A stretch of DNA of 64,000 nt from Mustelus asterias (lineage: Eukaryota): NCBI RefSeq assembly GCF_964213995.1, contig NC_135815.1, positions 85,808,001 through 85,872,000 of the forward strand, in the 5' to 3' direction. The translations under genes were made by a program, and so were the position numbers. Below the pieces are notes generated by a model, which was not told the origin of the DNA, ran no database searches, and saw nothing but the letters and a program-made list of their open reading frames with translations. This document shows positions 61,426 through 64,000 of the stretch, piece by piece. How positions within the stretch are numbered: position 1 is the first letter of the stretch; the number at the start of each line of letters is the position of its first letter.

Positions 61426-62341
61426 TCTCATGGCTTTATTCTGAAAAACAGGGAAGAAGATCCCCTATGCTTCCCAATATTTATCTCACAAACAATATCA
61501 CAAACAAATAATCTGGTTATTAACTAATTCCTGGGGCTTGCTTATTGTAATAACTTGAAGCAACTGGATGTGGCAGGTGACAAACTAATGGAATTATTGA
61601 TTGAGAAGAACTATATACAACAAAGGGTTTAACAGCACAACTATACAGGTCAATTCCCAACAACGTCCTGACTCCAACTGCAGTCTTTCAGCCCTGGGAA
61701 TGTGCACCCTCATTCCTAATACGCCTAGATTTGCATGCTCACACTCCATTGGTTATGCCCCAGTCACATGGCCTGCAAAAGATTGCCCATTGAAGGGGCC
61801 ATGCTACCACTTACATTTGTGAATTACCAACATTACAACAGTGTCTGAACTTCAACAGTACATCGTTGACTGTAAAGCACTTTGGGATGACCTGAATTCA
61901 TGAAAGGAGCTGTATTAAGGCAGATCTTTCTTTCTTTTTAATCTGATTACCCAATCAATATAAAATAATGGATTTCTATTTCCATCGATCTGCTCCATTA
62001 GTTTCAATAACCAAGAGATCAATATGAAATTGGCAGCTGGAGACAAAGCTATGAATCATATCTCTTGCCCATGGCACAGTGTTCTGTCCCTACACACACG
62101 CACCTTGACATCTGGGACTGCAGGAACAAGAAAAGGCTCCTCAAATCTGTGCCACGATTCATTTAGATCGTGATTGATCTGTGCCTTAACTCAATTTACC
62201 CATTTTGGTTACAAAATCCTTAATAGCCTTGCCCACAAAAAAATCTATTAATTTCAGTCTTGAAATTTTCATTTGATACTTAACCTCAGCAGCCTTTTGA
62301 GGGAGAGCATTCCTGACATCACAGAATGACTCAAATTTTGA

Positions 62342-62627
62342 GATCATAGAATCATAGAAACCCTACAGTGCAGAAAGAGGCCATTTGGCCCATCGAGTCT
62401 GCACCGACCACAATCCCACCCAGGCCCTACCCCCATAGCCCTACATATTTACCCACTAATCCCTCTAACCTACGCATCTCAGGACACTAAGAGGCAATTT
62501 TAGCATAGCCAATCAACCTAACCCACACATCTTTGAACTGTGGGAGGAAACCGGAGCACCCGAGGAAACCCACGCAGACATGAGGAGAATGTGCAAACTC
62601 CACACAGACAGTGACCCAAGCCGGGAA
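62342..62627 (-). mobile_element. 5'-truncated HE1-type V-SINE
   Basis: V domain and CR1-type tail, ending within the B box. Confidence 0.9.
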
Positions 62628-64000
62628 TGATGTTGCCTTGTCCAGGACTGCCCACCAGAGAAAAATAGGTTCTCTCTATCAGCTTTTAGTTACTTCAATC
62701 ATCTTAAACACCTCAATTGGATCACCCCTTAATCTTCTATACAAACCTCAGGGCAAATTGCATGGAATGACCACATTGCACTTTTCCAATCAACTCTACT
62801 TTGAGATGGTCCAATCAATGTGCTGGCCTCTCCGCCACTTTGATTTTCTTGCTGCTACACTGATTCACCCACCACTTCTCCGACACTAATGACATTGCCC
62901 CTTCATCACAGCACATGGTATATTAAGAGCTAATTATGTAGTATTGGACTGGAGTCAAATGTAGGCTGGGCCAGGGAGAAGTGGCAGAGCTTATTCGCAG
63001 TTAGGTTTCTATGATAGTCATATTGTACCAAGTGCCAACCCTTTGGGCTCAGAAAATTCTCTCTGAAGGCATCTTCTATATCTTGCTATAAGTTATCCTT
63101 GACCATCTTGTGGGGGTAAAAAGCAAGAAACTGCAGTACCCCTGGATCTTACTATAATGTGTGCAAATAAACGAGCTCAGGACTCAGTGGCTGGCTCTTG
63201 GTGTGAGCCAAGAAGCACAGGAGAAGAGAATTTGGAATCATGGATTTTGGGAGCTTGGAAAACTGTCCTCTGCCCCATTGTTAGAAATGAAATTGCCGAT
63301 TGGAAATGCCCTGAAATTCCTAGGCCTTTAGATCACTCTTCACCGACAGGGCAACAGTTTATATTCACTGTCACAAATGGTTGATTCTCAACCTAGAAAA
63401 GTCCCTCTTACGTGTCTTGGAAGTTTGTGAAATACTTGTACATAATGCTCCATGTGTTGTTTCACAGTTGGCTTCCTGTTAGTAAGAGGAACACTACACT
63501 CGAGTGTCTTTTGGACAGAGTAATCAGTTCTTCTGTCTGTGAACTGACATTTCCTGAAGCAATGTTTTGTTTCCTCAGGGATGGAAGCTTGCTGGGGAAA
63601 CAAAAGATTTTTTCAAGGCTGGCTGGGAAGCTTGTGTTTTTGAATAATTAACAATTATTGACCAACCTCATCGTAAGTCAAGGTTGAGAGTCCTTAAACT
63701 GGTCTGGTTGCTGGGTGTATGTGTACATTTCCTTCCGATTGGTATCAAGTGCAGTTGGCCTTGTCAACAGTTGTACTTCTCTTTTAACTCTCTCAGATTT
63801 TTTGACGATTTAAAACAAAGTATGTCAATTAGGTGGAGATCTGTGAGTAAAGCAGTTCCTGCCCTCCCCTCCAATCTTTTTCCTTCTCCCCCTTCTGGCC
63901 CTCCTCTGTCAAGGTGCGAAGTCTTGCTTGTTTGCAGTTCTAGTTGGTAGCCCTTCGAAGGGTCATTCTTCATGTGTGAACTGAGAAGAGAGATGACTTT

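Overview
Eukaryotic, repeat-dense non-coding DNA from a cartilaginous fish (shark). The evidence is many HE1-type V-SINEs, DeuSINE (SacSINE1-like) copies, LF-SINE-like SINEs, CR1/HER1-type LINE fragments, a Rex1/Babar fragment, PIF/Harbinger MITEs and solo LTRs. I recognise no host protein-coding gene, only two weak exon candidates. The centre (about 36.9-47.3 kb) is an old, near full-length CR1 LINE hit by three nested insertions. The first is a young CR1 3' fragment. The second is a Penelope-like element with an inverted partial copy, hammerhead ribozyme motifs and a 10-bp TSD. The third is a 4.1-kb chimera in which a young CR1 3' end is joined head-to-head to a piece of 28S rDNA carrying a 5'-truncated R2 retrotransposon. 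That R2 has an unusually long 3' UTR containing a V-SINE. Family names come from motif recognition, not database searches, and repeat boundaries are approximate unless junction sequence is quoted.
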